Source: Bacilli bacterium
GTDB taxonomy: Bacteria; Bacillota_I; Bacilli_A; RFN20; CAG-826
Assembly: GCA_051872395.1 (NCBI GenBank)
Contig: JBJEDU010000030.1
Coordinates: 1,372-65,371, forward strand
DNA: 64,000 bases
Direction of reading: 5' to 3'
This document shows positions 8,541-18,780 of the stretch, piece by piece. Both the position numbers and the translations under genes were made by a program. The notes under the pieces are model-generated. The model worked only from the letters and a program-made list of their open reading frames with translations, was not told where the DNA came from and ran no database searches. Position 1 is the first letter of the stretch. Every line of letters starts with the position of its first letter.

Positions 8541-9791
8541 ATGATTAAAAGAGATATGTATCTACAAAAAATTATAGATAGAATGGACAACGGAATGATT
8601 AAAGTGATTACAGGTATTAGAAGATGTGGAAAATCCTATTTATTATTTGAGATTTTTTATAATTATTTGTTAGATCATAATATTCCTAGCTCACATATTA
8701 TCACTTTGCAATTTGATGATAGATTAAATATAAAATATCGAGATCCAGATGTATTGTGCGACTTTATTCATAGTAAAATAACCGATTCTCAAAAATACTA
8801 TATTTTGTTGGATGAAGTTCAATTAATATCAAATTTTGAAGAAGTATTAATCTCTTTTTTGCATATTAAGAATGTGGACATATATGTCACTGGGAGTAAT
8901 GCAAAGTTTCTTTCATCTGATATCATTACTGAATTTAGAGGAAGAGGCGATCAAATTCATTTGTCGCCTTTATCATTTAAAGAATTTTTTGATGCGTGTC
9001 AATTAGAGTATGAAGACGCATGGAATGAATATTCTATGTTTGGCGGAATGCCATATTTATTGATGTGTAAAACAGATGAGCAAAAGATATCATATTTAAA
9101 TAATCTATTCGCGGAAACATATATTAAAGATATTGTTAATAGAAACAACTTGAAAAATATTGATGTTTTTGAAGACGTTTTAAATATTATTTCTTCTAAC
9201 ATTGGTTCATTAACTAACCCTAATAAGCTATCAAATACATTTAAATCAATTAAAAACCAAGCTGTCTCTCCTAATACAATTAATCAATATTTGGAATATT
9301 GTGTTGATTCTTTTTTAATTAGAAAAGCATATCGATATGATGTAAAAGGAAAAAAGTATATAGATACTCCTCTCAAATATTACTTCAGCGATATCGGACT
9401 TAGAAATGCTAGACTTGGTTTTAGACAACAAGAAGAAAGCCGCATAATGGAAAACATCATTTATAATGAGCTAGTAACCTGTGGATATAATGTCGATATT
9501 GGAGTTGTCGTTGTTAGCGAAAAAAATGAAAATAATAACTATGTTAGAAAACAACTTGAAGTAGATTTTGTTTGCAACTTAGGCTATGAAAGATACTATA
9601 TACAGTCTGCTTTGAATACTGATAATATCGAAAAAAAGAAACAAGAAGAGAGGCCATTACTTAATATTGATGATAGTTTTAGAAAAATTATTATCGTAAA
9701 AAATAATATAAAAAAATGGAAAGATGATAATGGGGTTCTTTTCCTTGGATTAAAAGAGTTCTTGTTAAATCCAGAATCAATAAAAGCTTAA
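8541..9791 (+). CDS. AAA+ ATPase with DUF4143 domain (second, divergent copy)
   Basis: GIRRCGKS, LLDEVQ, TGSNA, EFRGRG, GGMP, EVDF; ATG 8541 follows GAGGTG (GTG 8532 is an alternative start). Confidence 0.9.
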   Translation: MIKRDMYLQKIIDRMDNGMIKVITGIRRCGKSYLLFEIFYNYLLDHNIPSSHIITLQFDDRLNIKYRDPDVLCDFIHSKITDSQKYYILLDEVQLISNFEEVLISFLHIKNVDIYVTGSNAKFLSSDIITEFRGRGDQIHLSPLSFKEFFDACQLEYEDAWNEYSMFGGMPYLLMCKTDEQKISYLNNLFAETYIKDIVNRNNLKNIDVFEDVLNIISSNIGSLTNPNKLSNTFKSIKNQAVSPNTINQYLEYCVDSFLIRKAYRYDVKGKKYIDTPLKYYFSDIGLRNARLGFRQQEESRIMENIIYNELVTCGYNVDIGVVVVSEKNENNNYVRKQLEVDFVCNLGYERYYIQSALNTDNIEKKKQEERPLLNIDDSFRKIIIVKNNIKKWKDDNGVLFLGLKEFLLNPESIKA

Positions 9792-9809
9792 ATTGTCTTT
9801 CATTTTTAT

Positions 9810-10991
9810 TCACGTCTTTTTTAGCAATTTTTTTGCGAAAATATCGATGAAGAACGCTCCAAGAGGTGCGGTAATAATAATTGATAAAACCGACACTGTT
9901 AAAATAACTTCGCCACAAGATAGACCAGTGGATAACGCTATTCCTCCAATAGAAGCTTGCACTGTGGCTTTAGGGAGATAAGCAAAGATACAAAATATTC
10001 TTTCTTTAATTGTAAGTTTAGTAAATAGTAGACATATAATTACGCCTATTGTTCTAGATAATAATCCAATAATTAGAACGAGTAAAGAAGGCCAAAAATT
10101 ATTTAAGGCATAGGAAAAATTAACACTCGCGCCTACTAAAACAAATAATATAACTTCAAAAAATGTCCACATAGAGTTATAACCACGAGATAATTCTTTT
10201 GCTTTATCTTTTAATTTAAACGTTAAAATCATGCCAATAACCATAATTCCTAATAAAGAGGAAATGGAGATGTAAGGCTTTAATAAGTTTTCTACCCCAA
10301 TCATTAAAAATGATGTACTGATTAATATTAATATATTTATCGGAAGTGAGAACTTTGTTTTCTTAAATATAAATAGCAAAATAATACCAACAACTATTCC
10401 AAAAATTATTCCGAGAATAATTGAAATAGGCGCTAGAGCAATTGAAATAAAATTAAATGTGTTAGTTTCTACTAAACTTAGAAAAGCATAAAATAAAACA
10501 ATTACATAAATATCATCAACACTAGAACCTGCTAAAATAAGCTCTGGGACAGAGTGTTCTTTTCCATATCCTTCTTCGATTAATTTTATCATTCTTGGAG
10601 ACACTACCGCAGGGGATACCGCCGCTAGAACAGATCCTAATAATAAACCTTCTTGCCAAGATAAATTGAGAATAAAATGTGATGCTAACATTATGCCAAC
10701 TATTTCTAATGTCGCAGGTATAAAACACATTAATATTGCTGGTCTTCCAACTTTTTTCAAAGATTGAATGTTTAAATTCAATCCACTTCTAGTCAAAATA
10801 ATAACTAATGCAATTTGTCTTAATTCACTTGATATATTTAGTATGTTTTCATCAATTAAATTTAAACAATATGGTCCAAATACTAAACCAACAATTATCA
10901 TCCCAACCAAACCTGGGATTTTAATTTTATTTAGTAAATAACCAACAATATAGCCAACAAGAAGAATTAACCCGAAAGATAATATGAACAT
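9810..10991 (-). CDS. Cation:proton antiporter (CPA/Na_H_Exchanger, NHA-like), fluoride-riboswitch controlled
   Basis: About 12 TM segments; AVSPAVV, SSVDD and PKATVQA motifs; RBS GGAGG. Confidence 0.88.
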   Translation of the reverse strand: MFILSFGLILLVGYIVGYLLNKIKIPGLVGMIIVGLVFGPYCLNLIDENILNISSELRQIALVIILTRSGLNLNIQSLKKVGRPAILMCFIPATLEIVGIMLASHFILNLSWQEGLLLGSVLAAVSPAVVSPRMIKLIEEGYGKEHSVPELILAGSSVDDIYVIVLFYAFLSLVETNTFNFISIALAPISIILGIIFGIVVGIILLFIFKKTKFSLPINILILISTSFLMIGVENLLKPYISISSLLGIMVIGMILTFKLKDKAKELSRGYNSMWTFFEVILFVLVGASVNFSYALNNFWPSLLVLIIGLLSRTIGVIICLLFTKLTIKERIFCIFAYLPKATVQASIGGIALSTGLSCGEVILTVSVLSIIITAPLGAFFIDIFAKKLLKKT

Positions 10992-11004
10992 TTTCTCCTC
11001 CTAT

Positions 11005-11070
11005 AAAAAACGCTGATTTAATCTACAAAAATTATGACAAAAAGTCATAAGTTGTAGACGTCATCAGCGT
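11005..11070 (-). terminator. Riboswitch expression-platform terminator
   Basis: Minus strand reads ACGCTGAT..TCTACAA..TTATGAC-TTTTT-GTCATAA..TTGTAGA..ATCAGCGT followed by TTTTT. Its 5' arm overlaps the 3' end of the aptamer. Confidence 0.8.
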
Positions 11071-11116
11071 GTAAGCGGTTTTCTTAATTATTTAAGATGG
11101 AAGAACATCATTTCCG
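11052..11116 (-). ncRNA. Fluoride (crcB) riboswitch aptamer
   Basis: Minus strand GGAAATGATGTTCTTCC...AACCGC...GCTGATGACGTCTAC matches the crcB consensus; a TATAAT lies just upstream (11123-11128, minus strand). Confidence 0.88.
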
Positions 11117-11241
11117 TTAAACATTATACATTATCAAATCTATAAGGAAATAAAAATCATTTAATCTTTATAGATAGCATCCTTTGTTTTTATCTTAAAA
11201 CTTAGATAGTGGTGGTGAATAACGAAAGGATGATATATAAT

Positions 11242-11273
11242 ATGGAAACTAACAAAGGGGAAAAAGTTTCCAT
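11242..11273. promoter_or_regulatory. Candidate TetR operator (ATGGAAACT-N14-AGTTTCCAT)
   Basis: Perfect 9-bp inverted repeat directly after TATAAT (11236-11241), spanning the RBS and start of the TetR gene. Confidence 0.55.
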
Positions 11274-11751
11274 GAATGATATTATCATTGATTTAACGCT
11301 CAAACATTTAAAAGAAGATGGATTAAAATTTTCTATCGATGAAATAGCAAAAGAATTAAAAATATCTAAAAAAACTATATATAAATATTTTTCAAGTAAG
11401 GAAATATTGGCAAATTCTGTTTTTAATAAAATTACTAACATTACATTACTTGATTTAAACAAATGTTTGGAAAGTTCACCTATTGATAAACATAAAGTTT
11501 TAGAAATTTATTTATCGAGTTTCATATTACTGGATGAAAGATTATTTAATCGTTTTAGTCTTAATGAATCTGTGAAAGTCGTAGCGAATAAACGCCATCA
11601 ACAAATTAATGAAATGATGAATAATAGTTTTATAAAAGATGAGTCAATTTTGTTTATTATTGAATCAACTTTTAAGAGTTTATATTCATATAGAAATGAC
11701 AAAAATATTGTTGAAAAAACTATAGAAAGACTTATTTTATTATGGGTATAA
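11272..11751 (+). CDS. TetR/AcrR family transcriptional regulator
   Basis: G.KFSIDEIAKELKISKKTIYKYF.SKE HTH; start placed at ATG 11272 after AAGGGG. Confidence 0.88.
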   Translation: MNDIIIDLTLKHLKEDGLKFSIDEIAKELKISKKTIYKYFSSKEILANSVFNKITNITLLDLNKCLESSPIDKHKVLEIYLSSFILLDERLFNRFSLNESVKVVANKRHQQINEMMNNSFIKDESILFIIESTFKSLYSYRNDKNIVEKTIERLILLWV

Positions 11752-12986
11752 TTATTGAGGTTTTGAAGGTTTTTGCGATAATTTGTGTGGCTTTTATTGT
11801 TGGAAAAGTAATAGCAAAAATCAAATTACCTGCCATATTAGGATGGTTAATAGTCGGTGTTGTTTTTGGGCCATATTTAGCGGGTATTGTTGACCAAACT
11901 ATTATTGATTCTCTTGCGTATAAGATATTTATAAAACTATTAGAATGTTTCGCTGGAGTGCTTATTGGAAAAGAAATTATCTTTAAGAAATTAAAATCTT
12001 CAGGTAAACAAATAATTGGTATTACTTTTATTCAATCGCTTGGCACTTTTGTATTAGTGTCTTTGATTTTTCTTATCGTTTTTATTTTTACTAATACCCC
12101 ATTATATTTAGCATTTGTTTTTGGCGGTATTGCTCTCGCTACCGCACCCGCACCAGCGCTTGCAATTACTAATGAATATCACACTGATGGACCAGTCACT
12201 AAAACACTCATCCCTTTAGCGGCTTTAGATGATGTTATTGGCGTAGTTGTTTTCTTCACTGTGATTTCAATTATCAATGCTTCTTTTTCAAGTGGTGATT
12301 CTTCTATTTTCTTAATTGTTTTATCAATTATTTTGCCTTTTGTAATAGGAATTTTGCTTGGACTTGCCGCTAGTGGGATTTTAAAGCACCTAAGAAACGA
12401 AAAATGGAAATTCTTTACATTAATATTATCTTTAATAATTTCTCTTCTAGTTGGCTTAATTTTTGACAAATTTATTTTTAATTCATTCTCATTAAATTAT
12501 TTGATTATTGGTATGTCATTCACTACAACTTTAGTAAATTTAGTGGAAGAAGATAAATTAAAAACAATATTTAATTGGTATAAACCGATATTAAATTTTT
12601 CATTAATTGTCGTTATTGTCAATTTAGGAATGCCACTTGATTACCGTTTAATATTTGGCGCTGGAATATTTACTGCAGTATACATTTTATCTCGCGCTAG
12701 TGGGAAAATTTTATTCTCTTTTATTGGTGGCAAAATTACAAAAGCGGATAAAAATGTTACTAAATATTTAGGCTTTACTCTTTTACCTCATTCAGGAGTT
12801 TCATTAATCTTTACCGGTATTGCTGCGACAACATTAAACACTATAGATCCTTCTTTAGCGAGTATTGTTCAAGGAACGATATGCGCTGCTGCATTAATAA
12901 ATGAAATTATCGCAGTTATTTTGGCTAAATTTGCGTTCAAGTGGGCGCATGAACTTAATAGTGTTTCTACTAATCAAACAAATTAA
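11742..12986 (+). CDS. Cation:proton antiporter (CPA2/KefB-like)
   Basis: Polytopic; ATAPA and AALDD motifs; overlaps the TetR stop. Confidence 0.85.
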   Translation: MGIIIEVLKVFAIICVAFIVGKVIAKIKLPAILGWLIVGVVFGPYLAGIVDQTIIDSLAYKIFIKLLECFAGVLIGKEIIFKKLKSSGKQIIGITFIQSLGTFVLVSLIFLIVFIFTNTPLYLAFVFGGIALATAPAPALAITNEYHTDGPVTKTLIPLAALDDVIGVVVFFTVISIINASFSSGDSSIFLIVLSIILPFVIGILLGLAASGILKHLRNEKWKFFTLILSLIISLLVGLIFDKFIFNSFSLNYLIIGMSFTTTLVNLVEEDKLKTIFNWYKPILNFSLIVVIVNLGMPLDYRLIFGAGIFTAVYILSRASGKILFSFIGGKITKADKNVTKYLGFTLLPHSGVSLIFTGIAATTLNTIDPSLASIVQGTICAAALINEIIAVILAKFAFKWAHELNSVSTNQTN

Positions 12987-13186
12987 TTATTTTTAATTTT
13001 AAATAGTTCTATAACCCCATAAAGTTTATTTCTAATAAAAATAATAGTAAAATTGAATTTGGAAATATCAGTTAATAATTTTTGTGAAAATTATTTCATA
13101 TAAATTATAAAAAAGCGCTTTTTGCTTTTATAAGTAGAATAATAATTGTATTATTATATTACGCTTCAAGAAAAGGAGGGATGCCT

Positions 13187-15211
13187 ATGGCAAATAACGA
13201 ACAACCACAACGCAAAAAAATATCCTGGGGATTAATTATTTCGTTTGTTTTAGTTATTGGAATGACAATATTCCTAGTATTTAATCTTTTTGGTGGAATC
13301 GGAAGTAGTGAAACATTCACTACCGCACAATTTGTTCAAAACTTAATGAACAACAATATTACTGAAGTTACCGAAACACCTAAAGAATCAACGATCGTTG
13401 TTGTAACTGGTAAATATAAGAAAGTCGTCAATTCATCGACTCGTACTCTTTCATTTACTTATCGTGTAGCTTATGACACCTACTACGTTACAGAAACTGA
13501 TTACACTTATAAGGATGAAATGACCAATCAAGATGTCAATTTAAATGATGTCAATTTATCCCAATTAGTTATTAGCAAACATAATGAAGGAGTTATTTCT
13601 TCATACATCGTCAAAGATGTTTATGTTACTAGCTGGTGGGATCAATGGGGACCAACAATTATCATGCTTGGAGGTTCAGTTATTATCGTATTTTTCTTGT
13701 TCTCCCGTTTAGCAGGTTCTGTTGGAGCGAGTAATAACAAAGCTTTAGATTTTAATAAATCGCGAGCAAGACGAGAAAACGCTAGTAAAGTCAGATTCTC
13801 TGATGTCGCTGGCGCAGATGAAGAAAAAGTTGAAATGGAAGAAGTGGTTTCTTATTTAAAAGAACCAAAGAAATATGCAAAATTCGGAGCAAAATTGCCA
13901 AAAGGTATTTTATTAGTTGGCCCGCCAGGATGTGGCAAAACTTTACTTGCAAAAGCAGTTGCGGGTGAAGCAGGTGTACCTTTCTATTCTATTTCTGGTT
14001 CTGACTTCGTTGAAATGTTTGTCGGTGTCGGTGCTGGAAGAGTTAGAGATATGTTTAAAGTTGCTAAAGAGAACGCTCCATGTTTGATTTTCATCGATGA
14101 AATCGATGCAGTTGGTCGTCAAAGAGGTGCTGGTCTCGGTGGTGGAAACGACGAAAGAGAACAAACCTTAAACCAATTATTAGTGGAAATGGATGGTTTC
14201 TCTGATAATTCAGGTATCATTGTCATCGCTGCAACTAATAGAGATGATGTTTTAGACCCTGCCCTACTCCGTGCTGGAAGATTTGATCGTAAGATCACTG
14301 TCTCTTATCCAGATGCGAAGGGCCGTGAAGAAATATTTAAAGTTCATGCGAGAAATAAAACTTTATCTAAAGATGTTGATTTTGCGGCACTCGCTAAAAG
14401 AACTGTTGGATTCTCAGGTGCTGATATTGAAAACATCTTAAATGAAGCTGCTATACTAGCAGTTAGAAAAAATTTAAATGAAGTTTCTATGGCGGAAATT
14501 GATGAAGCCATTGATAGAAGAATTGCTGGACCAGCAAAATCTAGCAGAATGCTTTCTAAAGAAGAAAGAAAGATGATTGCTTTCCACGAAGCTGGACATG
14601 CGATTATTGGATTAAAATTACCTCATAGTGATGTTGTCCAAAAGATTACTATCGTTCCTCGTGGAAATACTGGTGGTCATGTTAGAATGACTCCAGAACA
14701 AGACCGCTTTGTTTTAACAAAGAAAGAATTAGAAGCTCGTATTGTTGGATATTTAGGTGGTCGTACTAGTGAAGAAATTTTCTTCAACGAAGTGACTACA
14801 GGCGCTCAAAACGATATTGAAGTCGCAACTCGTATTGCGAGAATGATGGTTACTGAACTTGGTATGTCAAGTTTAGGACCAATTCAATATGAAAGAGATA
14901 CTGGTTCTGTTTTCTTAGGAAGAGATTATACCTCTTCACAAAAGAACTTCTCGACAGAAATTGCTTTCGAAATTGATAAAGAAGTTAGAAAGATTATTGA
15001 TTCCGCTCATGAAAAAGCGCATGAAATAATTACTGAATTTAAAGATGATGTCACTTTAATCGCTAACACTTTATTAGAAAGAGAAAGTATCACTGCAGAA
15101 GAGATTGATTATTTATTAGAACATCGTCATTTAAAAGATGCGGAAGTCGAATCTAAAGTAGTTGAAGTAGAGGAAGACACCACTAATAAAGACGATGCCA
15201 AAGACGCATAA
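13187..15211 (+). CDS. ftsH: ATP-dependent zinc metalloprotease FtsH
   Basis: Two N-terminal TM segments, [25 protein letters not shown]. Confidence 0.98.
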   Translation: MANNEQPQRKKISWGLIISFVLVIGMTIFLVFNLFGGIGSSETFTTAQFVQNLMNNNITEVTETPKESTIVVVTGKYKKVVNSSTRTLSFTYRVAYDTYYVTETDYTYKDEMTNQDVNLNDVNLSQLVISKHNEGVISSYIVKDVYVTSWWDQWGPTIIMLGGSVIIVFFLFSRLAGSVGASNNKALDFNKSRARRENASKVRFSDVAGADEEKVEMEEVVSYLKEPKKYAKFGAKLPKGILLVGPPGCGKTLLAKAVAGEAGVPFYSISGSDFVEMFVGVGAGRVRDMFKVAKENAPCLIFIDEIDAVGRQRGAGLGGGNDEREQTLNQLLVEMDGFSDNSGIIVIAATNRDDVLDPALLRAGRFDRKITVSYPDAKGREEIFKVHARNKTLSKDVDFAALAKRTVGFSGADIENILNEAAILAVRKNLNEVSMAEIDEAIDRRIAGPAKSSRMLSKEERKMIAFHEAGHAIIGLKLPHSDVVQKITIVPRGNTGGHVRMTPEQDRFVLTKKELEARIVGYLGGRTSEEIFFNEVTTGAQNDIEVATRIARMMVTELGMSSLGPIQYERDTGSVFLGRDYTSSQKNFSTEIAFEIDKEVRKIIDSAHEKAHEIITEFKDDVTLIANTLLERESITAEEIDYLLEHRHLKDAEVESKVVEVEEDTTNKDDAKDA

Positions 15212-15223
15212 ATAAAAAATATT

Positions 15224-15248
15224 AGGAAGGTTAAATCCTTCCTTTTTT
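15224..15248 (+). terminator. Intrinsic terminator after ftsH
   Basis: AGGAAGG-ttaaat-CCTTCCT followed by a T-run. Confidence 0.7.
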
Positions 15249-15254
15249 ATCATC

Positions 15255-16244
15255 ATGGATTATATCACTTTAAATAATAAGAAAATGAAAGGGAGAGCGG
15301 TTCTTGCTCCAATGGCAGGAATCTCTTTTTCTTCATATCGAAAATTTAATAAGAAATTTCATACTTCTTTTTCTTATACAGAAATGGTTTCTGATATGGG
15401 TTTAATCTATAATAACAAAGAAACTTTATCTTATTTAAAGACTGATAAAAATGAAGGAATTGTCGGATTACAATTATTTGGAAATAGTAGCGAAAATCTA
15501 TTAAAGTCAATGGAAATTGCTTTAAAAATTAATCCAAATTTCGCTTTTATTGATGTTAATATGGCTTGTCCAGTCAATAAGGTTACTTCCACTGGCGCGG
15601 GTTCTTCCTTATTAAAAGACGTCGATAAAATTAAGGAAATTATTACTACATTAAAAAGTCATACTACCTTACCTGTTTCTATTAAAATTAGATTAGGAAT
15701 TGATGAAAATCACCTTAATTATTTAGACGTTATTTCTGCGGCCATTTCTAGTGGAGTTGACTTTATTGCGTTGCACGCTAGAACGAAAAAACAACTATAT
15801 TCTGGAAAACCTTTATATGATGAAATTCGTGGGTTAAAAGATAAAGTTAGTGTTCCTTTGATTATTTCTGGTGATATTTTTACAGTTGAAGACGCTATAC
15901 ACGCTATTAATATTACTGGTGCGGATTATGTTTTAGTAGCACGTGGAGGCATTGGAAATCCACTTTTGATTAAAGAAATAAATTATTATTTTAAAACAGG
16001 AAAAATTAAACACTATAAAAGAACAATAAATGGACAAATTAAATTATGCTTAAAATTAGGAAAGATGATTATCAAAGATAAAGGCGAATATTCTGGTATG
16101 AGAATATATCGAGGAATTGCTCCAAAATTTTTTGTTGGACTTCCTAATTCTAAAAATGTCAAAGTCGCTTTAGCGGGTTCTTTATCATCCTATAGCGATT
16201 TAGTTAGAATTTTAAAAGAGTATAAAAGAAGTTTTAAGTATTAA
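15255..16244 (+). CDS. dusB: tRNA-dihydrouridine synthase
   Basis: LAPMAG, TEMVS, QLFG, DVNMACP, GAGSSLL, HART, SGDI, ARG..GNP. Confidence 0.92.
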   Translation: MDYITLNNKKMKGRAVLAPMAGISFSSYRKFNKKFHTSFSYTEMVSDMGLIYNNKETLSYLKTDKNEGIVGLQLFGNSSENLLKSMEIALKINPNFAFIDVNMACPVNKVTSTGAGSSLLKDVDKIKEIITTLKSHTTLPVSIKIRLGIDENHLNYLDVISAAISSGVDFIALHARTKKQLYSGKPLYDEIRGLKDKVSVPLIISGDIFTVEDAIHAINITGADYVLVARGGIGNPLLIKEINYYFKTGKIKHYKRTINGQIKLCLKLGKMIIKDKGEYSGMRIYRGIAPKFFVGLPNSKNVKVALAGSLSSYSDLVRILKEYKRSFKY

Positions 16245-16294
16245 AAAAGAACTTGTATTTATGTATAATGAAAAAACTGGAGGGAAATAACCTT

Positions 16295-17785
16295 ATGGAA
16301 GAAAAAGAATTAAATGATCAAGAACTAATCCGACGAGAAAAGTTAAATAAATATGTAGAAATGGGCATTGATCCTTATGGACATAAATATAAAGTTACTA
16401 TGTCTTGTAAAGAAATTAGAGACGCTCTTAAAAATAAAACTCCTGCTCAAATTGAAAAGAAACATTTAGTGGTTTCTATTGCTGGTAGAATAATGGCCAT
16501 TCGTAGAATGGGTAAAGCATCCTTTATTAACATTCAAGATAGAAGCGGTAAAATGCAAATTTATATTGGTATTGATCAAGTTGGTAAAAAAGCTTACGAC
16601 TTATTCAAACTCGCGGATATCGGTGACATCATTGGCGTTTCTGGTTATGTAATGACTACTAGAACTGGTGAATTGACCGTTAAAGCTGAAAAATATACAC
16701 ATCTTTGTAAATCTCTCCATCCTCTTCCAGAAAAATTCCATGGTTTAACTGATGTTGAAGAAAGATATAGAAGAAGATATCTTGATTTAATCATGAATGA
16801 AGATGCAAAAAACACTGCGATAAAAAGAGCGAAGATTATTAGAAGTATTCAACACTTTTTAGATGATAAAGGTTTCATAGAATATGAAACAAGTATCCTC
16901 TCTCCTATTTTAGGTGGTGCGGCCGCGCGTCCATTTATTACTCATCATAACGCCTTAGATAGAGACTTTTATTTACGAATCGCTACTGAATTGAATTTAA
17001 AAAGACTTCTTATTGGCGGATTAGAAAAAGTTTATGAAATTGGACGATTATTTAGAAATGAAGGTATGGATAATTCCCATAATCCAGAATTTACTTCAAT
17101 TGAAATATATGAAGCTTATTCTGATTTAAAAGGAATTGGTAAATTAATCGAAGATTTATTAAGACATGTTTCTAAGGAAGTATGTGGAGACTCTATCGTT
17201 ACTTATTTAGATAAAACCATCGATTTTAAACATAAATTTAGATGGGTAAAAATGAGAGATTTAATTTTAGAAAAAACTGGTATCGATTTCTATGAAATCA
17301 AAGATTTTGAAACCGCGAAATCTCTTGCTGCGTCTCATGATATCCACCTTGATGAATTTAAAAACACTGTTGGATATGTGATGAACGAGTTTTATGAACA
17401 ATTATGTCAAGATGATTTAATTCAACCTACATTTGTTTACGAATATCCTATTGAAGTTTCTCCATTAACTAAAAAGAGTAAAGACCCACGTTTCGTCGAA
17501 AGATTTGAACTTTTTGTTAACGGAAAAGAACTTGCAAACGCATATACAGAACTCAATGATCCAATCGATCAAAAACAAAGATTCCTCGATCAACTTAAAG
17601 CAAAGGATTTAGGTGATGAAGAAGCGAGTGAAATGGATAATGACTTCGTTGAAGCGCTTGAATATGGCATGCCTCCTGCTGGAGGAATTGGAATGGGTAT
17701 CGACCGTTTAGCGATGATTTTAACCAATCAACCATCTGTTAGAGAAGTCATCCTTTTCCCAACTATGAAAAATCAAAATAAATAA
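16295..17785 (+). CDS. lysS: Lysine--tRNA ligase (class II)
   Basis: OB-fold anticodon domain, RYRRRYLDL, GGAAARPF, FRNEG, YGMPPAGGIGMGIDR; ATG 16295 follows GGAGG. Confidence 0.98.
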   Translation: MEEKELNDQELIRREKLNKYVEMGIDPYGHKYKVTMSCKEIRDALKNKTPAQIEKKHLVVSIAGRIMAIRRMGKASFINIQDRSGKMQIYIGIDQVGKKAYDLFKLADIGDIIGVSGYVMTTRTGELTVKAEKYTHLCKSLHPLPEKFHGLTDVEERYRRRYLDLIMNEDAKNTAIKRAKIIRSIQHFLDDKGFIEYETSILSPILGGAAARPFITHHNALDRDFYLRIATELNLKRLLIGGLEKVYEIGRLFRNEGMDNSHNPEFTSIEIYEAYSDLKGIGKLIEDLLRHVSKEVCGDSIVTYLDKTIDFKHKFRWVKMRDLILEKTGIDFYEIKDFETAKSLAASHDIHLDEFKNTVGYVMNEFYEQLCQDDLIQPTFVYEYPIEVSPLTKKSKDPRFVERFELFVNGKELANAYTELNDPIDQKQRFLDQLKAKDLGDEEASEMDNDFVEALEYGMPPAGGIGMGIDRLAMILTNQPSVREVILFPTMKNQNK

Positions 17786-17796
17786 TATTTAATTTA

Positions 17797-17828
17797 AATA
17801 AAAACGGAATTTTCCGTTTTTATTTTTT
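17797..17828 (+). terminator. Intrinsic terminator after lysS
   Basis: AAAAACGGA-att-TTCCGTTTTT hairpin followed by a T-run. Confidence 0.7.
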
Positions 17829-17963
17829 AAAAATTTTATAAAAAATATAATCAAAATCTAAAAACTGCCCTATATAAGATATATGGGACAATAATATCAA
17901 AAATATTATTTGCTTGAAGTTTCTATAACGACTTTTGTATAATACAAATGCTGTAAAGCAAAA

Positions 17964-18013
17964 TTCTCTCTGCTATATCTATGAATATAGCCAGAAAAGA
18001 CCAAAGGGAGGTG
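17964..18013 (+). promoter_or_regulatory. S6:S18 autoregulatory ribosomal protein leader
   Basis: CTCTCT can pair with the AGGGAG SD. The inner hairpin GCTATAT/ATATAGC is followed by the conserved CC(R) motif, directly upstream of rpsF. Confidence 0.7.
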
Positions 18014-18018
18014 TACAA

Positions 18019-18309
18019 ATGAGAAATTACGAAATTATGTACATTGTTAAGGCAAACTTAGATGAAACTGGTCGTAAAGAAGTCATTGAAAAGTTAAACA
18101 CAATTTTAACTGATAATGGCGCGACAGTTACCAAAGTTGATGAAACGATGGGATTAAGAGATTTAGCGTATCCTATCAACGATGAAACCAAAGGTTATTA
18201 TGTTGTCTTAGATGTTACCGCTGATGAAAAAGCCACAAGCGAATTCTCTCGTCTTGTGAAAATCAATCAAAACGTATTACGTCATATTGTTGTCTTAAAA
18301 CACGAATAA
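18019..18309 (+). CDS. rpsF: 30S ribosomal protein S6
   Basis: MRNYEIMYI, G.R.LAYPI, VLRH; start corrected to 18019 after GGAGG. Confidence 0.97.
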   Translation: MRNYEIMYIVKANLDETGRKEVIEKLNTILTDNGATVTKVDETMGLRDLAYPINDETKGYYVVLDVTADEKATSEFSRLVKINQNVLRHIVVLKHE

Positions 18310-18324
18310 GGAGGACAATTATTT

Positions 18325-18765
18325 ATGATCAATCGAGTTGTTTTAGTAGGTCGTATCTCTCACGACTTAGAACTCAAAAGAACTAATTCTGATGTCGCGG
18401 TTGTTTCTTTCCGCGTCGCGGTAGACAATCGTCAAAAAAACGCTGATGGAACTCGTTCAACAAGTTTCATTCCTTGTAAAGCATTTTCTCAAACCGCAGA
18501 AAATATGTTTAAATACATTAGAAAAGGTTCGTTGGTAGGTGTCGAAGGCCGTTTGAATCAAAGAAGTTACGCTCGTGAAGATGGAACCAATGCTTCCATC
18601 ATGGAAGTTATCTGTGATTCCGTTCAATTTTTAGAGCCAAAAGGTGCTGCTTCTTCTACTGATACCAGTACCGGTTTTGTATCTCAAGTTGCTAAAGAAC
18701 AAAATGAGAACGCTAATCTTGATTCATTAGATTTGCCTGATGACGATCTTCCATTCAATGTATGA
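18325..18765 (+). CDS. ssb: Single-stranded DNA-binding protein
   Basis: MINRVVLVGR...DDLPF; lies between rpsF and rpsR. Confidence 0.97.
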   Translation: MINRVVLVGRISHDLELKRTNSDVAVVSFRVAVDNRQKNADGTRSTSFIPCKAFSQTAENMFKYIRKGSLVGVEGRLNQRSYAREDGTNASIMEVICDSVQFLEPKGAASSTDTSTGFVSQVAKEQNENANLDSLDLPDDDLPFNV

Positions 18766-18780
18766 AAGGAAAATTAAATA

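Noticed and set aside
3960-13180. attR-type duplication of the tRNA-Ala 3' end
   Set aside because: I found no second copy by eye, so the island's right boundary is not defined and it is not called as an intact mobile element.
16245-16294. T-box leader for lysS
   Set aside because: The intergenic space is about 50 bp and has no T-box motif.
17935-18018. N-terminal extensions given by the ORF track (rpsF 17935; also lysS 16253, msmX 20123, flavoprotein 43890, kdgK 49958)
   Set aside because: Downstream ATGs fit family N-termini and usually have a better RBS; the rpsF extension is the promoter and leader RNA.
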